64,000 bases of DNA, from assembly GCA_944362705.1 (NCBI GenBank), contig CALVTO010000002.1, positions 12,818-76,817 on the forward strand, in the 5' to 3' direction. The notes under the pieces were generated by a model. That model did no database searches, was not told the origin of the DNA, and worked only from the letters and a program-made list of their open reading frames with translations. Both the position numbers and the translations under genes were made by a program. The DNA comes from an uncultured Clostridia bacterium (GTDB lineage Bacteria > Bacillota > Clostridia > Christensenellales > UBA1242). Below are positions 46,528 to 55,519 of the stretch, in pieces; the stretch's first letter is position 1, and each line of letters opens with the position of its first letter.

Positions 46528-49050
46528 TTAATGTCCTTCACTCCATCTGTACGACGTTGTTATATCTACCTCCAACGGTACCCTTAACGCAACAGCTTGT
46601 TGCATTTCATTTTTAACAAGTTTTGTTACAACATCTACTTCATCTTCAGGACAGTCCACAATCAATTCGTCATGCACTTGCATAATAAGCCTTGCTTTCA
46701 ATTCGTCTTTTTTCAATTTTTCAGATACGCGCACCATCGCAACTTTTATAATATCCGCCGCCGTTCCTTGCAGAGGCATATTTTGAGCTATACGCTCAGC
46801 ACGCGTTCGAATCATGTAATTACTCGAAGTCACCTCTAACACATTTCTTGTTCTGTTTAAATATGTTTGCACAAACCCTGTTTGTTTTGCGTCAGCAACT
46901 ACTTTATCCATGTACGTTTTCACGTATGGGTGCGAAGCATAATAATTTTCTATATATTTTCTGGCCTCGCTTACACTTACATGAATATCTTCCGATAGCC
47001 CATAATCACTCATGCCGTATATAATTCCAAAATTTACAATCTTTGCAATTCTTCGCATTTCGGGCGTTACCAAATTTTCATCTACATGAAACAACTTCAT
47101 TGCCGTTTGTTTATGTATATCTAAATGTTCGTCAAACGCCTTTAACAATGCTGGGTCTTGTGAAAAATGCGCAAGCAACCGTAATTCTATTTGCGAATAA
47201 TCTGCATCAATTAAAACATGTTTCACATCACGAGCTACAAACATACTTCTTATTTCTCTGCTTTCTTCTGTGCGTATAGGAATGTTTTGCAAATTCGGCT
47301 CTGTACTCGACAACCTGCCCGTATTCGTCAACGATTGTTTAAAGTTCGTATGAATTGCACCGTCCGCCTCTATATGAGGCAACATGCCTTCAATATATGT
47401 ATTCTGCAATTTAGCAACTTTTCTATATCGAATAATTTTTTCAATGATTGGATGGTCGTTTAAAATTGCCTGCAAATTTTCAATATCAGTAGACTTTTTC
47501 TTATTGTGTTTTAGTTTAAGTTCATCATATAAAAGTTCAGATAACTGTTTAGGACTATTTATATTAAATTCTTTTCCTGCCAATTCATAAATTTCTTTTG
47601 TTAAAGACACAATCTCAGTTTCATATTTATTTTTTAATTCCAAAAGTCTATTCACATCTACTTTAAACCCATAAACTTCCATATCAAACAAAGTCTTAAC
47701 CAACGGCATTTCAACATCATAAAACAAATACGTCTGATTTTTATCTTTTATTTGTTCCGCTAAATGCATTTTCATTTTATACATATCATACGCTATATGC
47801 GACATTTCACATTGAAACTTGCTGATTAAACTCGCTTCATTTTTTACACCAACGCCTGCTGTAATATTGTAGGCAATACACAAATCGAAATAGTTGTTTA
47901 GACTTACTTTGACCTTCTTTAATATATGCATAAGGCTTTTTGCATCAAAAACAATCTTTTCAATAGAAGCATCTTCTAAAATAACAGCAAACGCTTTATA
48001 CATATCATTAGCGCACATATTTTCATAAAATATATCTACTAACGTATTATTTACATACACTTGTACACCCACTTCGTTTGCGTATAGGCATACATCTTTT
48101 ATTTTCTCGCATTTGCTCAAAAATTCTTGTAATTCATTTATTGAACCAACACGAATACGTTGTAAAGTAATTTCTCTTTTTTCTTGTTTCGCTTCTGCAA
48201 ATAAATTCGCGCGCTGTAATATACTTGTAAAGTTAAACGTTTCTAATATGTCGTATACTTTTTTTGAGAACGGAAATTCATACAGCAAATCATTTAATTC
48301 GCACGGTATATCGGCTTTACAATCAATGGTTGCTAATTGCTTAGATAAATATGCAAGTTCTTTGCCTTCTATAAGTTTTTCTTTAAGCTTACCTTTTATT
48401 TCATCTACATGTTCATACACGGAATCAATACATTTATATGTAGCAATCAATTTTTGCGCAGTTACTTCGCCAACGCCAGGCACGCCTGGTATGTTATCCG
48501 AAGCATCTCCCTGTAAGGCTTTAAGTTCCACCACTTGCCAAGGCTCTATATGGTATGTTTCAAGCAACGATTCTTCAGTCATAATTTTAATGTCCGAAAT
48601 GCCTTTTTGTGTTAAATACACCTGCGTAGTCGAAGAAATAAGTTGTAAAGAATCTCTATCACCAGTAACAATACTTGTAGGAAGATCAAACCTCGCCGCT
48701 AATGTGCCCAAAATATCATCCGCTTCTATACCATTTTTTTCAATTACTTTAATACCCATTGTTTGCAGAATCTGTTTTAGTGGCTGTAATTGTGAACGTA
48801 ATTCTTCAGGCATAGGCTTTCTTGTTCCTTTATACGCAGCGTATAAAGAATGGCGAAACGTTATTTTACCTGCATCAAACGCTATACCTAAATATTTAGG
48901 CCGGTATTCCGTAATTACTTTCGTTAAAATATTTAAAAACCCGTAAATAGCATTAGAATAAGCACCTTCTTTGTTTTTCAACAACGGCAAAGCATAAAAT
49001 GCACGGTACAAAATGCTATTCCCATCAATTAAAACTATTTTTTCTTCCAT
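46528..49050 (-). CDS. polA: DNA polymerase I
   Basis: A 5'-nuclease domain (IVLIDGNSILYRAFYA...GDRDSLQL...GVPGVGEVTAQKLI) and a family A polymerase domain (RLSSTEPNLQNIP, DYSQIELRLLAH, QVHDELIV). Start at ATG 49050 (AGAGGTG SD); the track's GTG lies inside the SD. Confidence 0.95.
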   Translation of the reverse strand: MEEKIVLIDGNSILYRAFYALPLLKNKEGAYSNAIYGFLNILTKVITEYRPKYLGIAFDAGKITFRHSLYAAYKGTRKPMPEELRSQLQPLKQILQTMGIKVIEKNGIEADDILGTLAARFDLPTSIVTGDRDSLQLISSTTQVYLTQKGISDIKIMTEESLLETYHIEPWQVVELKALQGDASDNIPGVPGVGEVTAQKLIATYKCIDSVYEHVDEIKGKLKEKLIEGKELAYLSKQLATIDCKADIPCELNDLLYEFPFSKKVYDILETFNFTSILQRANLFAEAKQEKREITLQRIRVGSINELQEFLSKCEKIKDVCLYANEVGVQVYVNNTLVDIFYENMCANDMYKAFAVILEDASIEKIVFDAKSLMHILKKVKVSLNNYFDLCIAYNITAGVGVKNEASLISKFQCEMSHIAYDMYKMKMHLAEQIKDKNQTYLFYDVEMPLVKTLFDMEVYGFKVDVNRLLELKNKYETEIVSLTKEIYELAGKEFNINSPKQLSELLYDELKLKHNKKKSTDIENLQAILNDHPIIEKIIRYRKVAKLQNTYIEGMLPHIEADGAIHTNFKQSLTNTGRLSSTEPNLQNIPIRTEESREIRSMFVARDVKHVLIDADYSQIELRLLAHFSQDPALLKAFDEHLDIHKQTAMKLFHVDENLVTPEMRRIAKIVNFGIIYGMSDYGLSEDIHVSVSEARKYIENYYASHPYVKTYMDKVVADAKQTGFVQTYLNRTRNVLEVTSSNYMIRTRAERIAQNMPLQGTAADIIKVAMVRVSEKLKKDELKARLIMQVHDELIVDCPEDEVDVVTKLVKNEMQQAVALRVPLEVDITTSYRWSEGH

Positions 49051-49075
49051 GGCGCGCACCTCTTTTATTAGTATT

Positions 49076-49084
49076 ATTATACCA
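49076..49084 (-). promoter_or_regulatory. Extended -10 promoter element upstream of polA
   Basis: The minus strand reads TGG-TATAAT, about 25 nt upstream of ATG 49050. The -35 is poor. Confidence 0.4.
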
Positions 49085-49144
49085 TATCTTTTTTATTTCA
49101 CACACCTTTATATGCACTTTTATAAGAAAAATCGTGCATAGCGG

Positions 49145-49173
49145 TTGCTTTTTTTATTAGCATATGGTAGAAT
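49145..49173 (+). promoter_or_regulatory. Putative promoter of tRNA-Leu(CAA)
   Basis: TTGCTT (49145-49150), 17 nt, TGG-TAGAAT (49168-49173). Confidence 0.55.
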
Positions 49174-49198
49174 AACTAATGTACGTAAAGTATCTATT

Positions 49199-49284
49199 GC
49201 CGAAGTGGTGAAATGGCAGACGCGGCGGACTCAAAATCCGTTGGTAGCGATACCGTGCGGGTTCAAGTCCCGCCTTCGGCACCA
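49199..49284 (+). tRNA. tRNA-Leu (anticodon CAA), CCA encoded
   Basis: The acceptor stem is GCCGAAG/CTTCGGC. The anticodon stem is GCGGA/TCCGT with loop CTCAAAA. It has a long variable arm and a GGTTCAAGTCC T-arm. Confidence 0.9.
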
Positions 49285-49322
49285 AAAAAAATAATCCGAA
49301 CCGATAGGCGAGGATTATTTTT
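49285..49322 (+). terminator. Terminator after tRNA-Leu(CAA)
   Basis: AATAATCC-(13-nt loop)-GGATTATT followed by TTTGTTTG. Confidence 0.6.
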
Positions 49323-49530
49323 GTTTGTACTCTTATTTCTTCACTTTTCGTTTTTCACTTTTATTTTACACTCGGATTATTTTTGAAATAAGAAATAAAA
49401 AAGAAGAAAGAAAAGTTATAGGGGCATTAAAAGATAATCGCTAAATTCAAATCCGTATTTCTTTCTTTTCGTTTTAAAACTTGATAATTGTATGATATAA
49501 TTGTTTTACAGTTAAAGAGGTAAATTTAAT

Positions 49531-50520
49531 ATGAAAGTTATTGTTGATAAAAGAACTGAATTTATAGGTATAATTTTGATGTTAAGCAAATATAATCAAA
49601 AATATGAATTTTTAAAAAATACCTATTCAAATGAAGAATATATTAATGATATAATGCAATGGTTTAATAAATACAAAAATGACGAATTTATTAAATTGAC
49701 TAATGAAATCATAGACAAATATGAAAATTTTAATTATGCGACACCTCTCGATTTAGTTTTGAGGTATTTTGATACAAATTTCAATCCTGTTGAAAGTGCT
49801 GATAAACCCGAATATTTTGATATATTAAATGGAAGATTGATACAAGAATTTTTACATGAACTTCCTAGTTTTGCGAATAGAACAAAATTCGAAGAGTTCT
49901 ACAAAAACCATTCTGATTTTTATAATATGTGCATTAATTTTCAACAGAAATATTTGCAAGAACTTCCTTTGAATATTGAACAATATTTTTTAAATTTTTA
50001 TGGCACAGACAAATCTCCAAATGTGCGTTGCAACTTGCTGTTAACAAATAGTTGTCGCGGTGGTTTTGGTGTAGGAATTAATGGCATATTATATCCTTCA
50101 TTAATTGTGGATTTTAAAGGCGAAAAACAATTTCCTTGCTCATTTACATTTTTATTTCATGAAATGAGCCATCCTGTTATCAACCCATTAACAGATAAAT
50201 ATTTAAAAGGAAATGTAGAAACAAAATTAGAAATTCAGCATTACGGAAAAATTAAATCAATTATCAACGACTCCATAATTCGTGCGGCTGAAATTATTTT
50301 ATGCAAACATATGCAGTGCTCCACTGAATTTATTGAAAGAAAAATAAATATGGAAAAAACCCAAGGGTTTGAGCATATCGAAAAAGTTGTTGCTTGCCTT
50401 GAAAATTATTCAAGCCATCGAAAAAGATATCCAAACATAGAATCTTTTTTCCCAATATTGCTTGATACGGTGGTTGATCAAATAAAATCTCATAGTAAAG
50501 AAGTAAAACAATTAAAATAA
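49531..50520 (+). CDS. Hypothetical protein with an HExxH motif (possibly DUF4932-like putative metallopeptidase)
   Basis: An AAAGAGG SD and a TGA-TATAAT extended -10 at 49493-49501. It carries the FHEMSHPV motif. No signal peptide is evident. The gene is visibly more AT-rich than its neighbours. The family name is from memory only. Confidence 0.6.
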   Translation: MKVIVDKRTEFIGIILMLSKYNQKYEFLKNTYSNEEYINDIMQWFNKYKNDEFIKLTNEIIDKYENFNYATPLDLVLRYFDTNFNPVESADKPEYFDILNGRLIQEFLHELPSFANRTKFEEFYKNHSDFYNMCINFQQKYLQELPLNIEQYFLNFYGTDKSPNVRCNLLLTNSCRGGFGVGINGILYPSLIVDFKGEKQFPCSFTFLFHEMSHPVINPLTDKYLKGNVETKLEIQHYGKIKSIINDSIIRAAEIILCKHMQCSTEFIERKINMEKTQGFEHIEKVVACLENYSSHRKRYPNIESFFPILLDTVVDQIKSHSKEVKQLK

Positions 50521-50602
50521 ATTCTCATCTGCATATAACCCACACCAACTTGGACTTATAGTTGGTTCGGATACTTTATCACTTGTCTCACCAATAAAAA
50601 CA

Positions 50603-50639
50603 AAACGAGCCTTGAATATGTTTCAAAGCTCGTTTTTTA
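50603..50639 (+). terminator. Terminator after the HExxH gene
   Basis: AAACGAGCCTTGAA-TATG-TTTCAAAGCTCGTTT (one bulge) followed by a T-run. Confidence 0.6.
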
Positions 50640-50691
50640 TCCCAATTGACGTATATTATTTGCATTATGTATCACTAATGCTTATTATAAT

Positions 50692-50720
50692 AAAAAAGCA
50701 CGAAAATTTTCGTGCTTTTT
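50692..50720 (-). terminator. Terminator of the 1,077-aa surface-protein gene
   Basis: A perfect palindrome, AAAGCACGAAAATTTTCGTGCTTT, abuts the TAA stop (50719-50721) and is followed on the minus strand by a T-run. Confidence 0.7.
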
Positions 50721-53700
50721 ATATGTTGGTTAAAGTTAATTCTTTTAAAGATATTTGTAAAAAGTCTACCATAAACATTGTAACATCTAATTTATACAAA
50801 TACCCGTCATCACGTTGATAAATATTGGCTGTAATTAAACCAATGTTTGAATCACCTATTAAATTACCGCCATTTACTTTAAGCGCATACCTATTTTCTA
50901 AAGCATAATATGCATACGCATCTTGCGGAATAATAGCTTCTATAGATTGATCGGCATCTTTTTCTTTATTAAACGCATCAGCAATTGTATTTTTTATTGT
51001 GTCGGTTAAAGCAAATGCTTTTGCCATATATTCGGCCATATTATCTATAACCGTTTGCGGAGCAACTGTTTCTTCCCATTCTATTTTTCTATACGTGTTC
51101 GAACCAAAGAAAATTTGCTTATATTGTACATCTCGCTTAAAGTAAACCATATCGTCTTTGTACACAATTTTTAAATTACGATTCGACGTACTATAATTCG
51201 CAACAAAATCTGCATTTTGCGTTATTGCGCCTAGCATATAACCAATTGGCAAATCGTATATATTTATTTCAACATCAAAGCTTAAATCATCGTATACATG
51301 AATGCGTATATCCATATTTAAATCAGCAAGATTAAAGTTTACACTTCCTGTTGTTGCAATACTTACTTTACCACTCATTTCAAACGTTTTTATATCTGCC
51401 GTTTGACGGAAGCTTTTTGCGAAATCACCAATTGAAGATAAATCCATATACTCCGCAAATGTTTCTTCTGTAACTTCTTGTATATTCGCTGGCGTTGTGC
51501 TAGAACCCTGTAACAAAATAGATATATTGATCGGCACGCCCGAAACAGGCATGTTTTCTATATCTACACGTAAACTACCTTCTTTTACCTGTAATTTTAA
51601 TGTTACATCTTGCGTGTTAGTATCAGAAAATACTTTACCAGATAATACAATTTCTATACCGTCTTCCGCAACGCGTACCATTTTTATATTTTGTAGTACA
51701 GAAATAACATCTTCAAAAGTAATATTTACATCTATTGAAGAAAATTCAGGCAACATAGTCGATGAAACCATTGCAAAAATATCATCAAAAGAATCTGCAC
51801 TAAATACCGATTGAATGAGTCCCACCCATACATCCGACATTCCAACAACCGGACCTATTTCTGTTAATGCGCTTGCAATGCTATTTTTTTGAATACCGAA
51901 TTTTATTGTTTGGTATTGTGCAAATACCCAAGAAGCACCTTGGTATTGTTGCATGGTTAAGCCTAAAACTTTATCATTAAACGTACCGCTAATGCCAAAC
52001 ATTTGTTTATCTAAATTTAAACCAATATTCATATCTAATTGATATAAACCTTGCATCAACAAAAGTGCATTAAACTGAGAATAATTTTTAAAAGCCATAA
52101 TTTGCTCTGCCATCATCATTAGTTCCGATACAGATACAAACTCTTCAGGTTGTACATCAATAACCACTTCTGAATTAAGCGTAATATTTTCAATAGCAAC
52201 AAAGTGATTTGAAATTTCAAGTTTTATATGGTTTATAGTTTCTTGCAAACCTATAAATAAAGAGAACATATTTGAATCAATTTGCACGCCATTATCTTTC
52301 TCAATAACATTAAACAATTTAAATGAAGAAACTTCTTTTAAAACATCGTCGAATACATTTTGCAAATCTTGGGTAGAAACACTAACTCCAAACGACTGCA
52401 AAAAGTTTTCAACAACACCTAGATCATCTAAACTTGCCTTAATTTGCGCGCCTTTTATTGTAATAAATATAATTTCATCTTGTATATATACCTGTACAGG
52501 AATTTGTTGTAAAACTAAATTTGCACATAAGCTTTTATTTGCAATATTTACTGCCACATTTCCTTGCACATAAAGTTCTGCATTATTTCTATAATTAACA
52601 TCAAACGAAATTGTGTTCGCTTCTATAAATGGCAAAAGTTTTGGTATTACGTGAGACAAAGCATCTATCGATACATATGCATTAGTATCTATTTCTAGAA
52701 TACTTTGTTCCGTTTTAGAAAGTTGCATTTCAACAGTCACATCTTGTACATCTACAATAAATGTACAACCTTCTTCTTTTATTTCAATAAAAAATTCTGT
52801 GTCAAAAATGCTTATTTTGTAAACATTTTCTGTTTTTTCAATGCTACATTCTTGCAACCAATCTTGAACGGTAAATTTCTTTACGGTCTCTAACAAATCA
52901 TTAACGCTTTGCTGAACATCTTCCACAACAGAAGATTGTGTTACTTCTTCAAACATATCGAACAAACTTTGCATTTGCATACAAAATTGCATGCCTAAAA
53001 CATCAACATACGCTGCATTGTTTTGCAAAACCAATTGCATAACACTATTGTTGTATTGCACATTAAGTTGCGCTCGCAACATTTGTTCTGGCATAATTTC
53101 TAACAAACCATTAGCCAATATGTTATACTTAGGTATATTTATTTGTAACGCAAATTTTTGATGTGATAACATTGGCAACATGTCTCTTGCCAACTGTATA
53201 ATTGGCGTTACATCTTTAAACGCGCCTTCTGGGGTTGCTATAGAAAAATCTTCCCCGTTTGTCTGAACAACTGCGTTTACAGAAAAGGTTGCACCTTGCA
53301 TGGTTGTTTCTGGAATTTGTATTTTTTGTAACTGATACATTTCGTCAATTACAAATTCAATTGTAACCATACCATCAAAATTCAAAGTTAACGTATATGT
53401 GCCATCTTCATTCTCAGCACTCGTCATGCCCATAAACATAGATTGCAACACGGTTGGGTTTAAAATAGCACCAATATCCATACCAACTAAAGAATTGATA
53501 TCTATTTGCAACCATTGCATAACTTGTGTAATAACGGTTTGCGCTTCTTTAACATCTACCTGTAATGAAATATCGTTATATTTTACATACAACACGTTTT
53601 GCATGGTATACATATACACAGGATATTCCAAAACACTTGTACGTATCACAATATTCCCGTTCATCGGCCTGCCTGCCAGTATATCTGCAATGTTTATATT

Positions 53701-53952
53701 TGCTTCAATACCCAAATCCACCGGCGAGCCAGCACTTTCGGTAACAAGTGTTATATTTACCTCTGTAGAAACTGTAGATGTTTTTACAATGCTTTGCATA
53801 AACGCATTTACAACAGGATCTACATTTTGGCTAGCATTACTTTGCGTTGTAGTTGTATTACCAGAAAAACCGCCGTTTACAAATACGTAACCGGCAGCAA
53901 CACTGAGTGTAACAAATATATACATACAAAATAATTTTAAAAATTTTTTCAT
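50719..53952 (-). CDS. Large N-terminally anchored or secreted protein of unknown family, about 1,077 aa (locus gene E)
   Basis: Start at ATG 53952 (MKKFLKLFCMYIFVTLSVAAGYVF = hydrophobic N-terminus). The long frame is rich in V, I, Q and N and has strand-like alternation. I see no motif I can name and no LPXTG. Confidence 0.8.
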   Translation of the reverse strand: MKKFLKLFCMYIFVTLSVAAGYVFVNGGFSGNTTTTQSNASQNVDPVVNAFMQSIVKTSTVSTEVNITLVTESAGSPVDLGIEANINIADILAGRPMNGNIVIRTSVLEYPVYMYTMQNVLYVKYNDISLQVDVKEAQTVITQVMQWLQIDINSLVGMDIGAILNPTVLQSMFMGMTSAENEDGTYTLTLNFDGMVTIEFVIDEMYQLQKIQIPETTMQGATFSVNAVVQTNGEDFSIATPEGAFKDVTPIIQLARDMLPMLSHQKFALQINIPKYNILANGLLEIMPEQMLRAQLNVQYNNSVMQLVLQNNAAYVDVLGMQFCMQMQSLFDMFEEVTQSSVVEDVQQSVNDLLETVKKFTVQDWLQECSIEKTENVYKISIFDTEFFIEIKEEGCTFIVDVQDVTVEMQLSKTEQSILEIDTNAYVSIDALSHVIPKLLPFIEANTISFDVNYRNNAELYVQGNVAVNIANKSLCANLVLQQIPVQVYIQDEIIFITIKGAQIKASLDDLGVVENFLQSFGVSVSTQDLQNVFDDVLKEVSSFKLFNVIEKDNGVQIDSNMFSLFIGLQETINHIKLEISNHFVAIENITLNSEVVIDVQPEEFVSVSELMMMAEQIMAFKNYSQFNALLLMQGLYQLDMNIGLNLDKQMFGISGTFNDKVLGLTMQQYQGASWVFAQYQTIKFGIQKNSIASALTEIGPVVGMSDVWVGLIQSVFSADSFDDIFAMVSSTMLPEFSSIDVNITFEDVISVLQNIKMVRVAEDGIEIVLSGKVFSDTNTQDVTLKLQVKEGSLRVDIENMPVSGVPINISILLQGSSTTPANIQEVTEETFAEYMDLSSIGDFAKSFRQTADIKTFEMSGKVSIATTGSVNFNLADLNMDIRIHVYDDLSFDVEINIYDLPIGYMLGAITQNADFVANYSTSNRNLKIVYKDDMVYFKRDVQYKQIFFGSNTYRKIEWEETVAPQTVIDNMAEYMAKAFALTDTIKNTIADAFNKEKDADQSIEAIIPQDAYAYYALENRYALKVNGGNLIGDSNIGLITANIYQRDDGYLYKLDVTMFMVDFLQISLKELTLTNI

Positions 53953-53962
53953 ATTTTCTTCA

Positions 53963-54016
53963 TAGCGCAATTTCTTGGCTTTGCACAATTTCTTTTTCTA
54001 GCGCAATTAGTATACC
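53963..54016 (-). repeat. Three tandem 18-bp direct repeats in the leader of gene E
   Basis: Plus-strand units are tagcgcaatttcttggct (53963), ttgcacaatttctttttc (53981) and tagcgcaattagtatacc (53999). The 10-bp core T(A/T)GC(G/A)CAATT recurs at exactly 18-bp spacing. The last unit overlaps the -10 box. Confidence 0.8.
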
Positions 54017-54037
54017 ATATATTTTAAGAAAAAGCAA
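54009..54037 (-). promoter_or_regulatory. Putative promoter of gene E
   Basis: The minus strand reads TTGCTT (54037-54032), 17 nt, TGG-TATACT (54014-54009). It starts 4 nt after the gene D stop. Confidence 0.6.
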
Positions 54038-54040
54038 ACA

Positions 54041-55309
54041 TTATATAAGTTTCTCATCAAAAGCAGAATCGTAGTCAAAAGTTAATGTCAAGTCACCTTC
54101 GCAAGGCACCATAAATCCAACATTTGTATCATACGATTCGTTTGAAACTAAAGATATAAACCTACATTGTTCATCTACTGTAAAGGTTATTGTAATTTTT
54201 TTGAAATTAGGATATTTCGACAACCCACTAAGCGTTTTCATTTGCTTTACATACAAACATACCGAACTATCGATGGTAAGTTTTAAAGTTCCTGTATATG
54301 TACCATCTTGATTATCAGTCATTTGAATATTGCTTTGCGGTAAAACCGTTTTTGACGATACAATATATGGAATAAATGAATCTGCTGCAACGCCATTAAA
54401 TTCTTTATAAGTCACATAACTATATTCTGTTTTTGCACCGTTCCATACCGCAGAGTTTGTTTGTATATTGGTACCTTGAACACATTGCACCGAGCCTACC
54501 GCCTCAAGGCTTGATAAAGGCGTATATTTAACAGCTTGTGCTATTTTTTTTATGCTGCCATAACTAATATTTTCAGCATAAAAGGTGTCGTTATATTTAT
54601 AACAATATTTGTAAATGGACTGCGGTGAAAAGTTATTTTTTACATTGCCGGTGCCCAAAATTTGATATTTTTCAATAAGCTGTAAATTATTTTCAGCTGT
54701 AATAAAAACATCGATAGCAGAAGCGTTTAAGATACCTAACTGTTCTACACGTGCGGCTGCGTTTTCAACGTTATCGCGCAATTCAGCCTCGTTAAAATTA
54801 TAATTGGTTTCGCGCGTTAAATTCAAGTAGAAATCCCCTAAAAATAGGCCTGTAAGCACTGCAAACACGACCGTAAACATGGTAGAAATAAGCGATGTAA
54901 TACGCTTGGTGGTTGCCTTTGCCGCAGACGGATTTTTTTGCATTAACGTAACCGAAGATGCTTCTTTTTGTGCAGATTGTATTTTAACGGCTTCTTTGCG
55001 CACACGTTTGTTGTGAATGGATTTTGGTGCTTGTTCTGGTACCATTTTAATTTTTTTAGAGTATTTATGTGCTTTTTTTTGTTGTTTTTTTAAATTATTT
55101 TCTAAATTTTTTTCATTTTTTTCGCCGTTAAAAGCATTTTGCACAACAGATTCACTCATTTGCAATGACGAATTTTGCAAACTTTGTTCACCCTTTGTGC
55201 TGTTTGCGTTATTGGGACAACTATTTGCATTTGCCAAAACCTCTGTTTGGTTTGTTTGTTGTAAAGGCTGTGCAAGATTTTGTTTGTGATTATTTTGCGA
55301 TGCTTTCAT
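54041..55309 (-). CDS. Bitopic membrane protein of unknown family, about 422 aa (locus gene D)
   Basis: Start at ATG 55309 (AGAGGAAAAG SD). It has a roughly 180-aa Q/N/K-rich low-complexity N-terminal region, one TM helix (ITSLISTMFTVVFAVLTGLFLG), and a roughly 240-aa C-terminal domain with no recognisable motif. Confidence 0.75.
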   Translation of the reverse strand: MKASQNNHKQNLAQPLQQTNQTEVLANANSCPNNANSTKGEQSLQNSSLQMSESVVQNAFNGEKNEKNLENNLKKQQKKAHKYSKKIKMVPEQAPKSIHNKRVRKEAVKIQSAQKEASSVTLMQKNPSAAKATTKRITSLISTMFTVVFAVLTGLFLGDFYLNLTRETNYNFNEAELRDNVENAAARVEQLGILNASAIDVFITAENNLQLIEKYQILGTGNVKNNFSPQSIYKYCYKYNDTFYAENISYGSIKKIAQAVKYTPLSSLEAVGSVQCVQGTNIQTNSAVWNGAKTEYSYVTYKEFNGVAADSFIPYIVSSKTVLPQSNIQMTDNQDGTYTGTLKLTIDSSVCLYVKQMKTLSGLSKYPNFKKITITFTVDEQCRFISLVSNESYDTNVGFMVPCEGDLTLTFDYDSAFDEKLI

Positions 55310-55328
55310 GACTTTTCCTCTTGCTATT

Positions 55329-55357
55329 ACTATACAAAAATTTATCATTTTCTGCAA
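55329..55357 (-). promoter_or_regulatory. Putative promoter of gene D
   Basis: The minus strand reads TTGCAG (55357-55352), 17 nt, TATAGT (55334-55329). Confidence 0.55.
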
Positions 55358-55414
55358 GCAATTTACCTTTATAACAGTATATGTTGGCTTGTTTTTTATT
55401 ACAACTTTTTTCGA

Positions 55415-55441
55415 CAAAAAAAACGGCAAAAGCCGTTTTTA
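55415..55441 (-). terminator. Terminator between locus genes C and D
   Basis: AAAACGGC-(AAAA/TTTT)-GCCGTTTT, flanked by an A-run and a T-run (symmetric). Confidence 0.7.
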
Positions 55442-55519
55442 GATTTTTTTATTTTAAAAAGGTGTGTTGTACCAATAATTGCTTACCTTTGCATGTATTG
55501 AACTTATGAATGGATGATT

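Noticed and set aside
49331-49480. Short direct and inverted repeats downstream of tRNA-Leu(CAA), considered as att sites of a mobile element.
   Set aside because: The repeats are short, imperfect and pyrimidine-rich low complexity. They do not include the tRNA 3' end, and no integrase or recombinase is present. I kept this only as a low-interest finding, not as a mobile_element feature.
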